64,000 nt of DNA from Heptranchias perlo (GCF_035084215.1 NC_090326.1:18600001-18664000), one strand, 5' to 3'. Positions 37,730 through 51,543 are shown, numbered from the stretch's first letter. Numbers and translations are program-made. Notes: a model not told the origin generated them from the sequence alone.

Positions 37730-38200
37730 CAGACAGGACAGCGTGGGGCCATGGTTTCAGATGTCACATTAATACTGACCCCGCACTCTACAATGCAAAC
37801 GAGGGGAACATACAAAAAAAAGAGGTAAAAATCAACTGGACCATCCAGCCCACCCCATCCAGACATGGTGCAGTCTTCATGTTTCTTTAAGCTCTCTCCC
37901 AGTCACAGACCCCCAGAAAAGTAAATAAACATTAAAAAAAACCTTAGGCCAATTTAGGAAAAGTTCTGGGAAATTTGCACTCTGACCCCCAATGGCAACC
38001 AGGAAACTGGGGTAACTCGCATCAATAACCAAGGTACCATAACTCGAGATTCTTCCACTCTCAGGAAGCTGCCCAGCTCCCTCTTGAAGGATGGCAGTGA
38101 CTCCGTATTTGCCAAGCGTTTAATCTGTTCAGCAGGCTGACGACTCTCTGTGAAAATAAATACTTCCTGGTACCTAACCTGGGAAAGGAGGATCAAGTTT
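37730..38200 (-). mobile_element. Old CR1 3' fragment with long 3' UTR (related to 42360-43400)
   Basis: ESLPSFKRELGSFL on the minus strand; UTR motif GGAAATT..CTC(C/T)GACCCC shared with 42545-42565. Confidence 0.6.
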
Positions 38201-38761
38201 CTTGCTTACTGGAGAATTGCGTTGGCAGTGCAGAGTGTAATGAAATCATTGTTGGTTCCACTTGCAATAGAATCTATACTAGGAGGTTTGTGCACAAACG
38301 TGGTATGCTTTTGAGGCGCTGGTTTTTGAGCAGCTCATAGTCTGAGATTTTAGATGATCCCACCTTCACACAATCATGCACACGCACACAACAGAAATGA
38401 AGCATTTTTTTTGGTCTGTGATTTATCCTTCCTGAATTCCACCTTGGTATATAAGGGATTAAAAACCAGCTTCACTCAGAGAAATCATATCCCAGGCTAT
38501 CTTCACACATTTGTCGCAGAAATTAGTTAGGCTACCGTTGGGGCAAATAGCTGGGTCATTCAATTCAAATACAAATATCCCGTGTGACTTATTCAATTAT
38601 GTGTTTGATTGGCAACTTCTTTTGATATTAACAGGCGGTTATTTCAACCATTGGGTCCCATTCACTGCTTCAAAGGTACTTATCACCTTTGGATACTTCG
38701 TGGTGCATGGATTGATGGCAGGTTAGATCTTTGGATGCTGCTATGATAGGGTTTTGCTGTT

Positions 38762-39995
38762 AGAAACATACAAAATTTACAGCACACAAGGAGGCCATTC
38801 GGCCCATCGTGTCTTTCCGGTCGAAATAGAGCTATCCAGCCTATCCCACTTTCCAGCACTTGGTCCGTAGCCTTGTAGATTACGGCACTTCAAGTGCATA
38901 TCCAAGTACTTTTTAAATGTGATGAAAGTTTCTGCCTCTCCCACCCTTTCAGGCAGTGAGTTCCAGACCCCCACCACCCTCTGGGTAAAAAAAACTTTTC
39001 TCAGCTCCCTTCTAATCCTTCTACCAATCACTTTAAATCTATGCCCCCTGGTTATTGACCTCTCTGCTAAGGGAAATAGGTCCTTCCTATCCACTCTTTC
39101 TAGGCCCCTCATAATTTTATACACCTAAATTTAATTACCCCTCAGCCTATCCAATCTTTCCTCATAGCTAAAATTCTCCAGTCCTGGCACATCCTTGTAC
39201 ATCACTGCACCCTGTCCAGTTCAATCACATCTTTCCTGTAATATGATGACCAGAACTGTCTGATAGCTGTGACCTATCTGGGGTTTTATACAGTTCTAGA
39301 ATAACCTCCCTGCTCTTATATTATATGCCTCAGCTAATAAAGGAAAGTATTCCATATACCTTCTTAACCACCTTATCTACCTTTCCTGCTACCTTCAGGA
39401 ATCTGTGAACATGCACTCCAAGGTCCCTCTCTTTCTCTACACCTCTCAGTATCCTACTATGCCTTGTTTGCCCTCCCCAAAAGCATTACCTCACACTTCC
39501 ATTTGCCTCTTTTCTGCCCACCTGACCAGTCCATTGATATCTTCCTGCAGTCTACAGCTTTCAACCTCTGTTAACCAATTCTCAATCCATCTGTTAACCA
39601 ATTATCAATCCATGCCAGTATATTTTTGTATCATCTGCAAACTTCTTAATCATGCCCCCTACATTTAAATCTAAATCATTAATATATACCACAAAAAACA
39701 AGGGACCTAATCCTGAGCCCTGCAGAACCCCACTGGAAGCTGCCTTCCAGTCACAAAAACACCCATCAACCATTACCATTTGCTTCTTGCCAATAGGCAA
39801 CTTGCCACTTTCCCTTGGATCCATGGTCTTTTGTTTTTTTGAACAGTCTGCCATGTGGGACCTTGTCAAAAGCCTTGCTAAAATCCATGTAGACTACATC
39901 AAATATACTACCGTCATCGATCCTCCTTGTTACCGCCTCAAAAAATTCAATCAAGTTAGTCAGACATGACCTTCCCTTAACAAATCCATGCTACC
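38762..39995 (-). mobile_element. CR1 LINE fragment
   Basis: YMDFSKAFDKVPHG, LQGSGLGP, FADDTK and WNSLPE motifs on the minus strand. Confidence 0.93.
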
Positions 39996-40054
39996 TATCT
40001 AGTTTGCATTGATTAGTGCCAGCTATAGTGGTTAAGTTGATTGGAGAAGGATCA

Positions 40055-41162
40055 ATAAGAACATAAGAACATAAGAAATAGGAGTAGGCGTAGGCCATCC
40101 GGCCCCTTGATCCTGCTCCGCCATTCAACAAGATCATGGCTGATCTTCTACCTCAACGCCATTTTCCTGCACTATCCCCATATCCCTTGATGCCTTTAAT
40201 ATCTAGAAATCCATCGATCTCTGTTTTGAATGTACTCAATGACTGAGCCTCCACAGCCCTCTGGGGTAGAGAATTCCAAAGATTCACCACCCTCTGAGAG
40301 AAGAAATTTCTCCTCATCTCAGTCCTAAATGGCCTACCCCTTATTCTGAAACTGTGACCTCTGGTTCTAGACTCCCCAGTCAGGGGAAACATCCTCCATG
40401 CATCTACTCTGTCTAGCCCTGTAAGAATTTTGTATGTTTCAATGAGATCACCTCTCATCCTTCTAAACGCTAGAGAATACAGGCCTAGTCTACCCAATCT
40501 CACACGACAATCCTGCCATCCCAGGAATCAGACTGGTGAACCTTTGAGGCAAGTATATCCTTTCTTAGGTAAGGAGACCAAAATTGTACACAATTCTTCA
40601 GGTGCGGTCTCAGCAAGGCCCTATATTATTGCAATAAGACATCTTTACATCTGTACTCAAATCCTCTTGTAATAAAGGCCAACGTACCATTTGCTTGCTG
40701 CACCTGCATGTTAGCTTTCAGTGACTTATGTACAAGGACACCCAGGTCCCTTTGAACATCAACATTTCCCAATCTCTCACCATTTAAAATATACTCTGCA
40801 TTTCTGTTTTTCCAAAGTGGATAACTTCACATTTTTCCACATTATATTCCATCTGCCATGTTCTTGCCCACTCACTTAGCCTGTCTATATCCCCTTGAAG
40901 CCACTTTGCATCCTCCTCACAACTTACGTTCCTGCCTAGCTTTGTGTCATCAGCAAACTTAGAAATATTAAATTTGGTCCCCTCATCCAAATCATCGATA
41001 TAGATTGTGAATAGCTGGGGCCCAAGCACCGATCCCTGCAGTACCCCACTAGTCACAGTCTGCCAACCTGAAAAAGACCCATTTATTCCTACTCTCTGTT
41101 TTCTGTCTGTTAACCAATTCTCAATCCATGACAATACATTCCCCCCAATCCCATGTGCTCTA
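40055..41162 (-). mobile_element. CR1 LINE fragment, same subfamily as 17975-19480
   Basis: QGSVLGPQLF, FADDTK and WNSLP motifs; (TTATGTTC)n tail at 40055-40075. Confidence 0.94.
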
Positions 41163-41383
41163 AGATGACAGGTGTTCAAGACTAGGTTGTTGAAAGGATT
41201 ACTTTCCAGGGCCTTTAGTAATACAAATGCGTCTAATCTAGGATTTGATGTTTATCCATTAAGGTTACAAACAAACTATTTTGCAGGGGCTAAAACTTTA
41301 TTGAATTGATCCAACATGTGCAGCAGAAAAAAGTGATCCAGCTCAAAACTTGCTTGTGCAATTTTTCTTCAAAAATATTTCAG

Positions 41384-41558
41384 GTTCGTCAAATACTGGA
41401 CATAATATCAGCTAAAGGAGAAGAAAGTGCGGAGTACTTTGTATATATCCTGCATTGCGCCAAAGAGGTTTACTCAGATTTTCACCCTTGGTTGAAAGAA
41501 ATTCATTACTGCCCATCAGACCACCTGCTGAATAAACCAGTGCTGATTACAGATGCAG
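41384..41558 (+). CDS. NOD1: NOD1-like copy B, coding exon 2 (CARD C-half)
   Basis: 175 bp, flanked by tttcag and gtgagt. VRQILDIISAKGEESAEYFVYIL..PWLKEI..ITDA matches NOD1 VRKILDLVQSKGEEVSEFF. Confidence 0.96.
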
Positions 41559-42359
41559 GTGAGTCGGTGTTTCGCAAATGCATTTGGCTCCCACATTAAT
41601 CAAACGATCCAGGGCCAAGAATTAATTCAACGATGACCAAATACCTTGTTGATTGTGATTATTCAGACAGTGACTGTGGCTGAGAGCCAATTGTCCATTA
41701 TCTCACGGCAAGACAGATATCAATACTGTAACCAGTGATTGCCGCATTGTAGCAACCCTGGAATACCGCAATCAGAGTGATGAATATCTCGTCTATATAA
41801 ACATTTGCCTCAAAACCAATGCGACTGTCACATTGCAGATACCAATTCTATTCATGGTTACGATTTAAAGTTATTTATAATAAAAATAACGATAGCATTT
41901 TAGAACAGAGCAATACCACCGGACTCAATATCCGCACCCTCCACCATTGGCTCACTGTGGATGCAGTGTGTACGATCTACATGATGCACTGCAGCAACTC
42001 GCGATGCTTATTTCAACAGTACCTCCAAGAGCAGCAATATGGTGGAATCCCCATCCAATATTTCTATCCTCTGCAGAGAGATGCCAAAACTTCTAGCAAG
42101 CACCTCCCTGGGAGATACATCTGAATCCTTCACACTCTATGTGGCTCAGCATTAGTGCTTGATTGTTTGATACCATTGCACTCTCCTTAGCAATTTTTTT
42201 TTTTTTTTAAAAACCACATTGGTTATTTTAGGGCTCTGCTTTTTCTCACATGAAACCAATCACAGGCATGGTAATACCTCAGATAGATAGCCAACTTCTT
42301 GTTCGTTATTCCCTAAGGAAATCCCCAGAACTTTCAAAGAAAGCTTTATATCAAAGTGT

Positions 42360-43400
42360 AACAAAGTACGAACATACGAACAATGACTGACAGGAAATGA
42401 CCCTCTGGTCCATCCAGCCTGTCCCACACAATCGTGATACCTTGTGTATCACAGTATATACACTCCCCACCCCACACCATGCAATCCCCTGGGAGAGGAG
42501 AAAAAACAGACAAAAACCCAGGCCAATTTGGGGGGAAAAATCTGGGAAATTCCTCTCCGACCCCTTTGGTGATTGAAACAAGTCCAGGAGATCACTCTGG
42601 CCCCGATAATTCTATGCATTACATTTTGTACCTTTTGGAGGAGGTGATCTCCGCCCCAGCCAGAAACAGGTCCAGCTCTCGCTTGAAGGAATTCAATGAA
42701 TCGGTGTTCACTGTATGAGCCGGCGGCCTGTTCGAGATTCTCTACTCTCTGGGAAAAGAACCACCTCCTGATATCTAACCTCGATCTGGCCTCATACAAC
42801 TTAAAATTGTGACCCCTGGCCCTCTCTAACCTGGAACAAAATGTCAACTGAAACACAATCTATTCCTTTCATCATCTTGTAAACCTCAATCAGATCATCC
42901 CTAAGTCTACGGGTTTCTAAAGTGTAGAGTCCCAGCTTTTTTAGCCTATCTTGGTAACTAAGATGCTTTAAGCTGGGAATCAATCTAGTGGCCCTCCTCT
43001 GCACCCTTTCCAAAGCCTCAATATTACCCATCAAGTGAGGAAACTTGGTTTGTTGCCAGGAAAGAAAATGCAGTGGAAAATTTGTAAGCAACTGGACACA
43101 ATATTCCAAATGAAGCCTGACCAAGATCTTGTACATGGAGAAAATAGCATGCTTTGTTAATTGTCCTATAAATGGACCCCAACACCCTATTTGCTCTAGC
43201 TATCGCTTCATGGCATTGCTCATGAACCTTTAGAGATCTGTGCACTAGATCATCCAGATCTCTTTCTTTCTCCACCAGCTTTAATGCTTTTCCCTGAAGG
43301 GTGTATGTATGTTGAGCATTTGTCCACGCATAACAATGCACTTCTCCAAATTAAACATAATTTGCCAGTCATGACCCCAATTCCCCAACTCATCAAGATC
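42360..43400 (-). mobile_element. CR1-type LINE 3' fragment with long 3' UTR
   Basis: EKERDL, ANRVLG, YKILVRLHLEYCVQ, LERVQRRAT and FFSQRV motifs on the minus strand. Confidence 0.88.
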
Positions 43401-43738
43401 CAGGAGTAGAAGACATTCTATTAACCTGATCAAGTTTAGGCTGTGCTGTTAGCAATCCGAGTTATATTTAGAACAAACCACTGTACAAAGTTTATATAAA
43501 AAATCAGAGGCTTATTAATATACGACCTGCCATTCTAGTACATTAAAGCAAAACTGATAAGATTATACACTCTGCTTTGGATTACAGTATATATATTTTC
43601 CTCTCATGATTGCAAAGATCTTATTTAAGCTCATGCAAACACCAGGGGAAGTAATGACTAAAACAAACCTTTCTACAATTACGTCATTGATATACTAGTT
43701 GCAAAGCCTGTCACTAATGTATTGTGCATGTCTTTCAG

Positions 43739-45548
43739 TTTGCCAGTACACTGAAAAGCTCCGACTTGAATTGCTTCGAGATACAAGGTTCACTTCATCA
43801 TATGTCCAAAAGGAAGATACTCCGTTCGATGACATGTACACTGAGACTATTATGGAATTACTCAATGCGGTCAATGAAATCAAAGGAAGCATCTCCCAAT
43901 TGGAGGATTTGTTCGGTGACACTGGCGTCATCAATGACAATGCAGAAACAGTGTTTGTAACTGGTGACGCTGGGGTTGGTAAGACCATACTGCTCCAGAG
44001 ACTTCAGAACTTGTGGTCCAAGGGAGAGCTGTGCGCTGATGTTAAATTCTTCTTCAAATTCAGATGCCGAATATTCAATAGCTTTAAGGAGGAAGACAAG
44101 ATCTCACTCAAGGATCTACTGTTCAGGTACAACTGTTACCCTGACAAAGATGCTGATGAAATATTCAGTTACATCCGGCAACATCCTGACTCTGTTCTCT
44201 TCACACTGGATGGGTTTGATGAAATTAATGTGGACTGTGACCCTAATGATATCCCTGACATCTCTTCACCCTTTGACCCCACGCATCCTGTGGCCCTGTT
44301 GATGAACCTTCTTCATGGAAAGTTACTTAAAGGTTCCAAAATATTATTGACAGCAAGAACTGGCACAGACCTACCGCTGAGAATGGTGAGAAAGAGAGTG
44401 ACGCTGAAGGGCTTTTCCAAGGACCATTTGCTGCGGTATTTGAAGAAATTCTTCAAAAACAAGGCCCATCAAAGCTTGGTTTTAACCCAGCTGGAGGCGA
44501 ACCCTCACCTGTGCAGTCTGTGTTCAGTGCCATTGTTTTGCTGGATTATATTTAAATGCTACGAACACTTTCAGTCCACAGGTAGTTCCCAGCGGTTGTC
44601 ACATTCCGTTACGCTGACTGACGTTTACCTGGTCATGATTGAGGTCTTCCTAAACCGCTCTTCTCGGGCCAATCTAAATAGGAAAAATGCCAGAAGCCAG
44701 ATAAACATGTTCACAACAAAAAAGGAAGCTCTAATGCGGATTGGTAAGCTAGCCCAAAAAGGCATTGAAAACAGCAATTTTATATTCAGCCACGACAAAA
44801 TTACAGCAGCAAAGATTTGGGACGAGGACTTACAGCTGGGCTTCATCAAAACTGTAGGCCATTATGATGGATGTGGGAATCAATCGACTTATGAATATCT
44901 TCACTTAACACTCCAAACATTTTTCACTGCTTTTTCATTAGCTCTAGATGATGAGATCAATTCACGGGACTTTCTCACACTATTCAACCATGGTAATGTA
45001 CCAACACCGTCAACCAACAAACTTAGTGATTTATTTTTAGCTTTGTTGAGCCCGATGAGGCAGTCCTCCTCAAATGTCCTCAAGCCATTCAGCGAACATC
45101 TGCAGTTTACCTTGCTGTTCCTTTGTGGCTTGTTGTCCAACAGGAATATTGATCTGTTGCTAAATCTCGCCTCTCCTGCAACCGTTAAGGAAAAGCAGTC
45201 AGCATTGACGTCCTACCTGATCAGCTGCATCAAAGCGCACTTGCAAAGTCTCCCTCGCTCGTACCTTGAGGATGGCTGCAAGGTTCACGTCCTACCACGT
45301 TTCATATGGCTGATAAGGTGCATATTCGAAATGCAGAGTGCAGCAGAAGCCAAACTGGCAGCCAAAGGTATCTGTGCCGATTACATAAAGCTGAACTATT
45401 CCAACGTCTCCTCCGCTGACTGTAGTGCTCTCGCCTTTATCTTGCGCCACATCCAGAGGCCCCTGGCACTGGAGATGGACAACAACAACATCAATGATTA
45501 TGGAGTCGAGCAACTGGTCTCCTGTTTCAGTCAGCTCACGGTCCTCAG
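43739..45548 (+). CDS. NOD1: NOD1-like copy B, coding exon 3 (NACHT, HD1, WHD, HD2 and first LRRs)
   Basis: 1810-bp open exon flanked by tttcag and gtaag. Walker A GDAGVGKT, Walker B VLFTLDGFDE, sensor 1 LLTAR, LCSVPLFCW, winged-helix YEYLHLTLQ, and ICADYIKL. Confidence 0.98.
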
Positions 45549-45654
45549 GTAAGCTTTGTCACCAGATATTGGTGTCGTCTGGAATTGAGGTGCTTCCAGT
45601 AGAACAATGGGATTCACCCTTGTCCGACTGCATTATGCTTTTCCTTCAGGTGTT

Positions 45655-45950
45655 AGCCTTGGCTCAGTTGAGAATCCCTGAGTCAGAAGGTCTTGGGTTT
45701 GAGCCCCACTCCAGAGACTTGAGCACCTGATCTAGGCTGACACTTCAGTGCAGTACTGAGGGATGAGGGAGTAGGAGGGACCACCTATCAGATAAGACAT
45801 TAAACCAAGGCCCGTCTGCCCTCTCAGGTGGACGTAAAGGATCCAATGGCACTATTTCAAAGAGCAGGGGAGATCGCCCCAGTTTCCTGGCTAACATTTA
45901 TTTATTTATTCAACCAACATCATTAAAAAGTTTATCTGGTAATTTATCTT
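45655..45950 (+). mobile_element. Deu-domain SINE, partial
   Basis: GGCTCAGTTG..GGGTTTGAGCCCC head and core TAAACCAAGGCCCGTCTGCCCTCTCAGG. Confidence 0.75.
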
Positions 45951-46060
45951 ATTATGCCTTGATTTGTTGAACAAATCTGTGTCTCTGAAATTGCATCCTT
46001 GTTTGGAACAATATTTATTGATAAATTAATCTGTTTCTAACATTTTTTTAACCAATACAG

Positions 46061-46144
46061 ATTGAGCGTGAATCAGATCACAGATCACGGAGTGCACATC
46101 TTGGTAGAAGAACTCAAAAAGCACCAGCAGATCAGATCGCTCGG
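46061..46144 (+). CDS. NOD1: NOD1-like copy B, LRR exon 1 (LSVNQITDHGVHILVEELKKHQQIRSLG)
   Basis: 84 bp, flanked by cag and gtgag; paralogous to 5654-5737. Confidence 0.96.
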
Positions 46145-46534
46145 GTGAGAGTGCATGATCCCAGTATGCCTGCGTGGTATATTCCAATTTTTTTTTAAAC
46201 TTGATTGTATTTCTTCTCTGTCCTGTTTTTCCTTTTCCTCTTCCTAGCTCCTCCACCCCTCTCATGTACAGCTCATGTCGATACTTCATTCCTTCTGGTC
46301 GCACAGCTGCTCTGTGGTTTAGGTGGAAGATACCGCACTGCCATAGGGTCAGGCAGGTGGAGTGCCAAGATAGGAATGCCTCATCTAACAGTTTATGCCT
46401 CATCTATTAAAAAATATATAATTTAAACAGAAAGAGAAAGCATGTAATGGTTCACCTGTTGGTGGGTGTTAATGTTGCCCTGCACTTGGATTTAAATAAA
46501 CATTCTCCTAGACTAGGAGCAGCTTGCTTGAATT

Positions 46535-47085
46535 ACATAGTATTACATGGAATTTACTTCACAGAAACAGGCCATTCGGCCCAACCGGTCTATGCCGGTG
46601 TTTATGCGCCTCCTCCCACCCTCCTTCATCTAACCCTATTGGCATATTCTTCTATTCCTTTTTCCCTCATATGTTTATCTAGCTTCCCCTTAAATGCATC
46701 TATGCTATTCGCCTCAACTACTCCATGTGGTAATGAGTTCCAGTCTCTGTGTAAAGAAGTTTCTCCTGAATTCCTTATTGGATTTATTAGTGACTATCTT
46801 ATATTTATGACCCCTAGTTCTGGTCTTCCCCACAAGTGGAAACATCTTCTCTGCGTCTACTCTATCAAACCTCTTCAGAACTTTAAAGATCTTTATCAGG
46901 TCACCCCTCAATCTTCTCTTTCCTAGAGAAAAGAGCCCCAGCCTGTTCAATCTTTCCTGATAGGTATAATCCCTCAGTTATGGTTTCATCCTTGTAAATC
47001 TTTTTTGCACCTTCCCCAGTGCCTTGATATATGGAGACCAAAACTGTGCACAATACTGCAAGTGTGGTCTGACCAAGGTTCTATC
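46535..47085 (-). mobile_element. CR1 LINE 3' fragment
   Basis: LGLFSLGKRRLRGDLIKIFK..RTRGH..RRNFFTQR on the minus strand. Confidence 0.88.
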
Positions 47086-48617
47086 TCAGATTTAGGTCCA
47101 GGGAGGCAGGAAGTATTGATTCATTCAAGTGAAAATTAGACAGATGTCTTTCAGAAAATAATAATTTGGGATATAGCATAATCTGAAACATGAATTATGC
47201 TAACTGTGGTATGTTTGAGAGAAACAGGTGAATTTGAAGTTATGGTTCCCAAAGCTCTCCACTGTTGGGGGCTTTCCCCATCCCCATGTCTGGGTCTGTT
47301 GTAGACTAATTGATCGAGATTGATTGCTATGATTAGTCAACAACTTCATTATTGTTGTATCAGGTGACTACCAGGATGGTAGAAGGAGAACTAGATGGAC
47401 CTTGGTCTTTTTTCATCTAACAGTTCATATTTCATTCTGTTTTAGAGTTGCCCTCTGCTAAAGCATAGGAACAAGAATAGACCATTCGGGCCCTTGAGAT
47501 TGTTCTAAAAATTCTATTAGATCCTGCTTGATCTGTATCTCAACTCCATTTACCCACCTTTTCTCCACATGCACCTTTGTCCATGTGCAAAATGTATTCT
47601 TTATTAACATGACTATGCTTTTATTTAATAATAAACTTGAACATTTGTTAAAAAGAAGCTTACTGTGTCAGAGTTAACACGATGATACTGTACACTAATG
47701 TTCTAACATGGCGTTCCAGCTCTGGCCTCTTGCACATCCCCCACATCCTTCATCCCACCATTGGCAGCCGTGACTTCAGCCATCTAGGCCCTAACCTTTG
47801 GAATTCCCTCCCTAAACCTCTCCTCCTCTCTCTCCTCTCTATCCCCCTTTAAGACGCTCCTTAAAACCTACCCCTTTGACTGAGCTTTTGGTCACCTGTC
47901 CTAATATCTCCTTCTTTGGCTCGGTGTCAATCTTTGTCTGATTACGCTCCTGTGAAGCGCCTTGGGACGTTTTCCTACATTAAAGGCGCTATATAAATGC
48001 AAGTTGTTATCACTGTTGGTGTGTCAAACTGGTGAGATACAGGCTCACATGTATAACCTCCCGCACCACGAGTTCCTGATCTCAGCCTTGTTGCCAGGGA
48101 GAGGCAATGAGCAAAAGGTAGACAGTTCCGCACAGGGGTGGAAAGAAAATCGAGACAGTATATTCCCCCTCAATCAAGGACTGAAACACCTTCCAGCAGT
48201 TGGTTTAAGAGAGTCACTGGCAGTGATCTAGGAGCAGCTCGTGGGAGAGCGACCCAGGGAGACAAGATTAAGCTCAGCTACAATGTCCAATGGTCACTTA
48301 ATCTGCTCACATTGACTGACAAGGCTCAAACATGAAGAAGAGCCACTTGGGGAAAGTATGGAAGGGCTGTCGGCAACTGTGGAACTCTATCCCAGCAGGA
48401 GTCTGCATTTTCATGAGAAGAGGAAATCCAACAGTAGTTAAAGAGTTAAACAACAAAGTAACTTTGCATTCAATGATAATTCTTTACAATGGTTTGTTTT
48501 CACATGGTACAGATGATGGCAATTTTTGGCAGAATGATGTCAGAAAAGTTCTTCCACGTGCAAAGAGTGATTAGCGCACGGTCTGGACTGCAGATAGAGT
48601 GTGGGAGGCCAAAGCCT

Positions 48618-49068
48618 AGGATGAGGGACTTCAGTTATGTGGAGAGACTAGAGAAGCTGGGATTGTTCTCCTTACAGCAGAGAAGGTTAAGGGGAGATTT
48701 GATAAAGGTGTTCAAAATAATGAGGGGTTTTGATAGAGTAAATAAGGAGAGACTGTTTCCACTGGCCGGTGGGTCGGTAACCAGAGGGCACAGATTTAAG
48801 ATAATTGGCAAACGAACCAAAGGGGAGAGGTAGAGAAATGTTTTTACGCAGCGAGTTGTTATGATGTGGAATGCACTGCCTGAAAGGGTGGTAGAAGCTG
48901 ATTCAATAGTAGCTTTCAAAGGGGAATTGGATAAATACTTGAAAAATAAAAATTTGCAGGGCGATGGGGAAAGAGCAGGGGAGTGGGACTAATTTAACAG
49001 CTCTTTCAAAGAGCCAGCACAGACACGAAGGGGTGAATGTCTTTCTTCTGTGCTGCATAATTCTATGA
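48618..49068 (+). mobile_element. CR1 LINE 3' fragment
   Basis: SYVERLEKLGLFSLQQRRLRGDLIKVFK..TRGH, followed by a CR1 3' UTR. Confidence 0.88.
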
Positions 49069-49231
49069 AACCTCTGGAATCATTTAAGAAACAATTAGAT
49101 GCTGCAGTGGGGAGGACTATAGAGTTCTTCTGGTTGGATGAACAAAGATGGCCTATAATGGCCTCACGATGTGTTAGTTTCACATTTGTTTTTTGAACGG
49201 CTAAAGTTCAATTGCTTCTACTCCATTTCAG

Positions 49232-49315
49232 ACTTTACAAGAATCGCATAAGTGATGTTGGTGCCAGGGATGTTGCTGAGCTGATCGAAGGTTGTCCCAG
49301 TCTTGTTCAATTGAA
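49232..49315 (+). CDS. NOD1: NOD1-like copy B, LRR exon 2 (LYKNRISDVGARDVAELIEGCPSLVQLK)
   Basis: 84 bp, flanked by tttcag and gtaagt. Confidence 0.96.
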
Positions 49316-49422
49316 GTAAGTCACTTCTATTGTGGTTACAAGTTATTGATCATCCGTAAACACTTTTAAGACAACTGTAGAATTATTCATATTATGCCTA
49401 ACAAGACATGATGTTCAAACAG

Positions 49423-49506
49423 GATGGGAGCAAACATGATTACCCATGAAGGGGGAACTTACCTAGCTAAAGCAATCCAGAAAAGTAGAACTGTGGAAGA
49501 CATTGG
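49423..49506 (+). CDS. NOD1: NOD1-like copy B, LRR exon 3 (MGANMITHEGGTYLAKAIQKSRTVEDIG)
   Basis: 84 bp, flanked by aaacag and gtaagt; paralogous to 8506-8589. Confidence 0.93.
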
Positions 49507-50949
49507 GTAAGTCGGATATCAGAGTACACTAACATGGGCGGGGGGGGGGGGGGGGGTGCTGAAATTTATAGTAACTCAAGGCTATCAAAATATTAACACC
49601 AAAATGTTGCAAAGCTACTAATTCTGAAATATTGGTAGAACATTATATTTTCCCTGAGCAGATCCTTATTATGGCAGTGAATGACTAAACTGATTATCAT
49701 ATAATAGAAATCTGTGTTATTTTTTACCATACGGAGACTCCTGTTAGAAGAAGCCTATGAAAGACAGGAGACTAAAACTCATTCATACATAATTAATGAC
49801 TTCAGCTGGGTATTGCAGAGACCTATCAAACTTGACAGGTAGGGCGCTTGACTGGTTAAGATTTAAAAACAAATCGAATGTGTTCCCATGTTGATATGGT
49901 TTGACTGATCCTTTTTCTCTACCTGTGGAATAGTCGATTAAAAAGGGAATTCCCCGCCTCCTCCTTTTCCCGTCACTAACTCTCGTTCCTGTAGAGCAGG
50001 TAGGACAGCTGGATCTTTTGAGCTGTCAACTCGCCTGTCGCTGTGAAAGCTACTCTGTGATTGTCTGATTTTGCTTCTGTGGGATGGAGCAAATGCCCAA
50101 GCTTGTTAATAGCTCCTCTTGAAATGGGATGGGGTTTTCCACATGGTAGCTGAGAGTGTTGGATTTAGTCCTACAGCAAATAACCACTAGACAGTTGCCA
50201 TTCTAATTAGACTCTGGATAAAGGAAGATAGCTTGGCAGCATCTCAGTGTAATAATAATAATAAGATTAATTCAGTCCTCATTGCCATCCACTACTCAAC
50301 ACCAACATATTTAATAACTACTATTTAGAAGCCATGCTAAAGATCTCCCAGGCATAACATCCTACTGCTCCAATTTGTTTGTCCACTTTTTTTTAATCTC
50401 AAATCTAATATTGGTAATCCTGAAATTCATTCAGTGGAGTCTTAATGAATTTCTACTCTCCAAATTCTTTTCTAACAGTGCTGAGATATAGGTGGTTTTC
50501 TGCTAGCGATATCAATAGAAAACTGTGCTCTTGCTGGATTCTTCAGATGTACACTTTGTCAAAGCAAGAGAGCATGGGAAAATTGGTCATCTTCTCTTTG
50601 ATTTCCCTATCCTCTTCCCTTATCTTCTTCCTGCTCTCCTTTCGCACTCCACACCATCCTCTGAGTCAGAGAATAGGAACAATGTAAGCCAAACCCGGCC
50701 TCAATATTATTTCCCATCAGTCAATTTCTTACTCCACAGTGCTGACTAGATCTTCCGATCATTGATTAATCTTTGCCTTCCCTTCCCAGCCGAACATAAG
50801 AAGCATTCTACGGTCACAGGATGTACCACCTAGCAGGCTCAGCTGAGGAGCAGATTGCTGGAGACTGGCCGGCTTTTAACATCAGCCGAGGCTAAGATCA
50901 GAAACCAAGCCTTGTGAATGAGAATCCAGCACTGTACATGTCAAGTATC

Positions 50950-51385
50950 AGCTTGGCCCTGTGGTATCACTCTTACCTTGGTGTCCAAAGGTCATGGGTT
51001 CAAGCCCCACTCCATAGACTTGAGCACATAATCTAGGCTGACACTGCCAGTGGAGTACTGAGGGAATGCTGCACTGTTGGAGGTGCTGTCTTTCAGATGA
51101 AATGTTGAATTGAAGCTCTCCCTGCTCAGGTGGATATAAACAATCCCATAACACTATATGAAAAACAGCAAGCATATTGTCCTGGACATCCTTCAACCAG
51201 CACCACCAAAACAGTTTAGCTGGTCATTCATTTAATTTCTGTTTGTGAGAGCTTGCTGTGTGCAAATTGGTTGCCACATTTGCCTACATTGTAACAATGA
51301 CTTCACCTCAAAAAGTAATTCGTAGGCAGTGAAGTGATCTTGGATGCCTTGAGGATGTGAAAGGTGTTCTATAAATCTTTCTTTT
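50950..51385 (+). mobile_element. Deu-domain tRNA SINE
   Basis: B-box GGGTTCAAGCCCC, core and L2-type tail colinear with 61040-61460. Confidence 0.78.
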
Positions 51386-51543
51386 GCCATGAAAACCAGT
51401 GAACAATCCAACTGTATTGAACACCTTTATCACAGTATATGTTTCTCATCTCTTTTTAAAAAAAATCTTTCTTCTTTGTCTTAATTACGGTTTGTAAATC
51501 TCAAACAATTCACCAAAGTAATTTAAGTTTTAATGATTGACAG

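Noticed and set aside
43699-43738. N-terminus of the 617-aa ORF as a standalone gene start
   Set aside because: It is intronic. The exon begins after tttcag at 43739 and joins in phase to the CARD exon.
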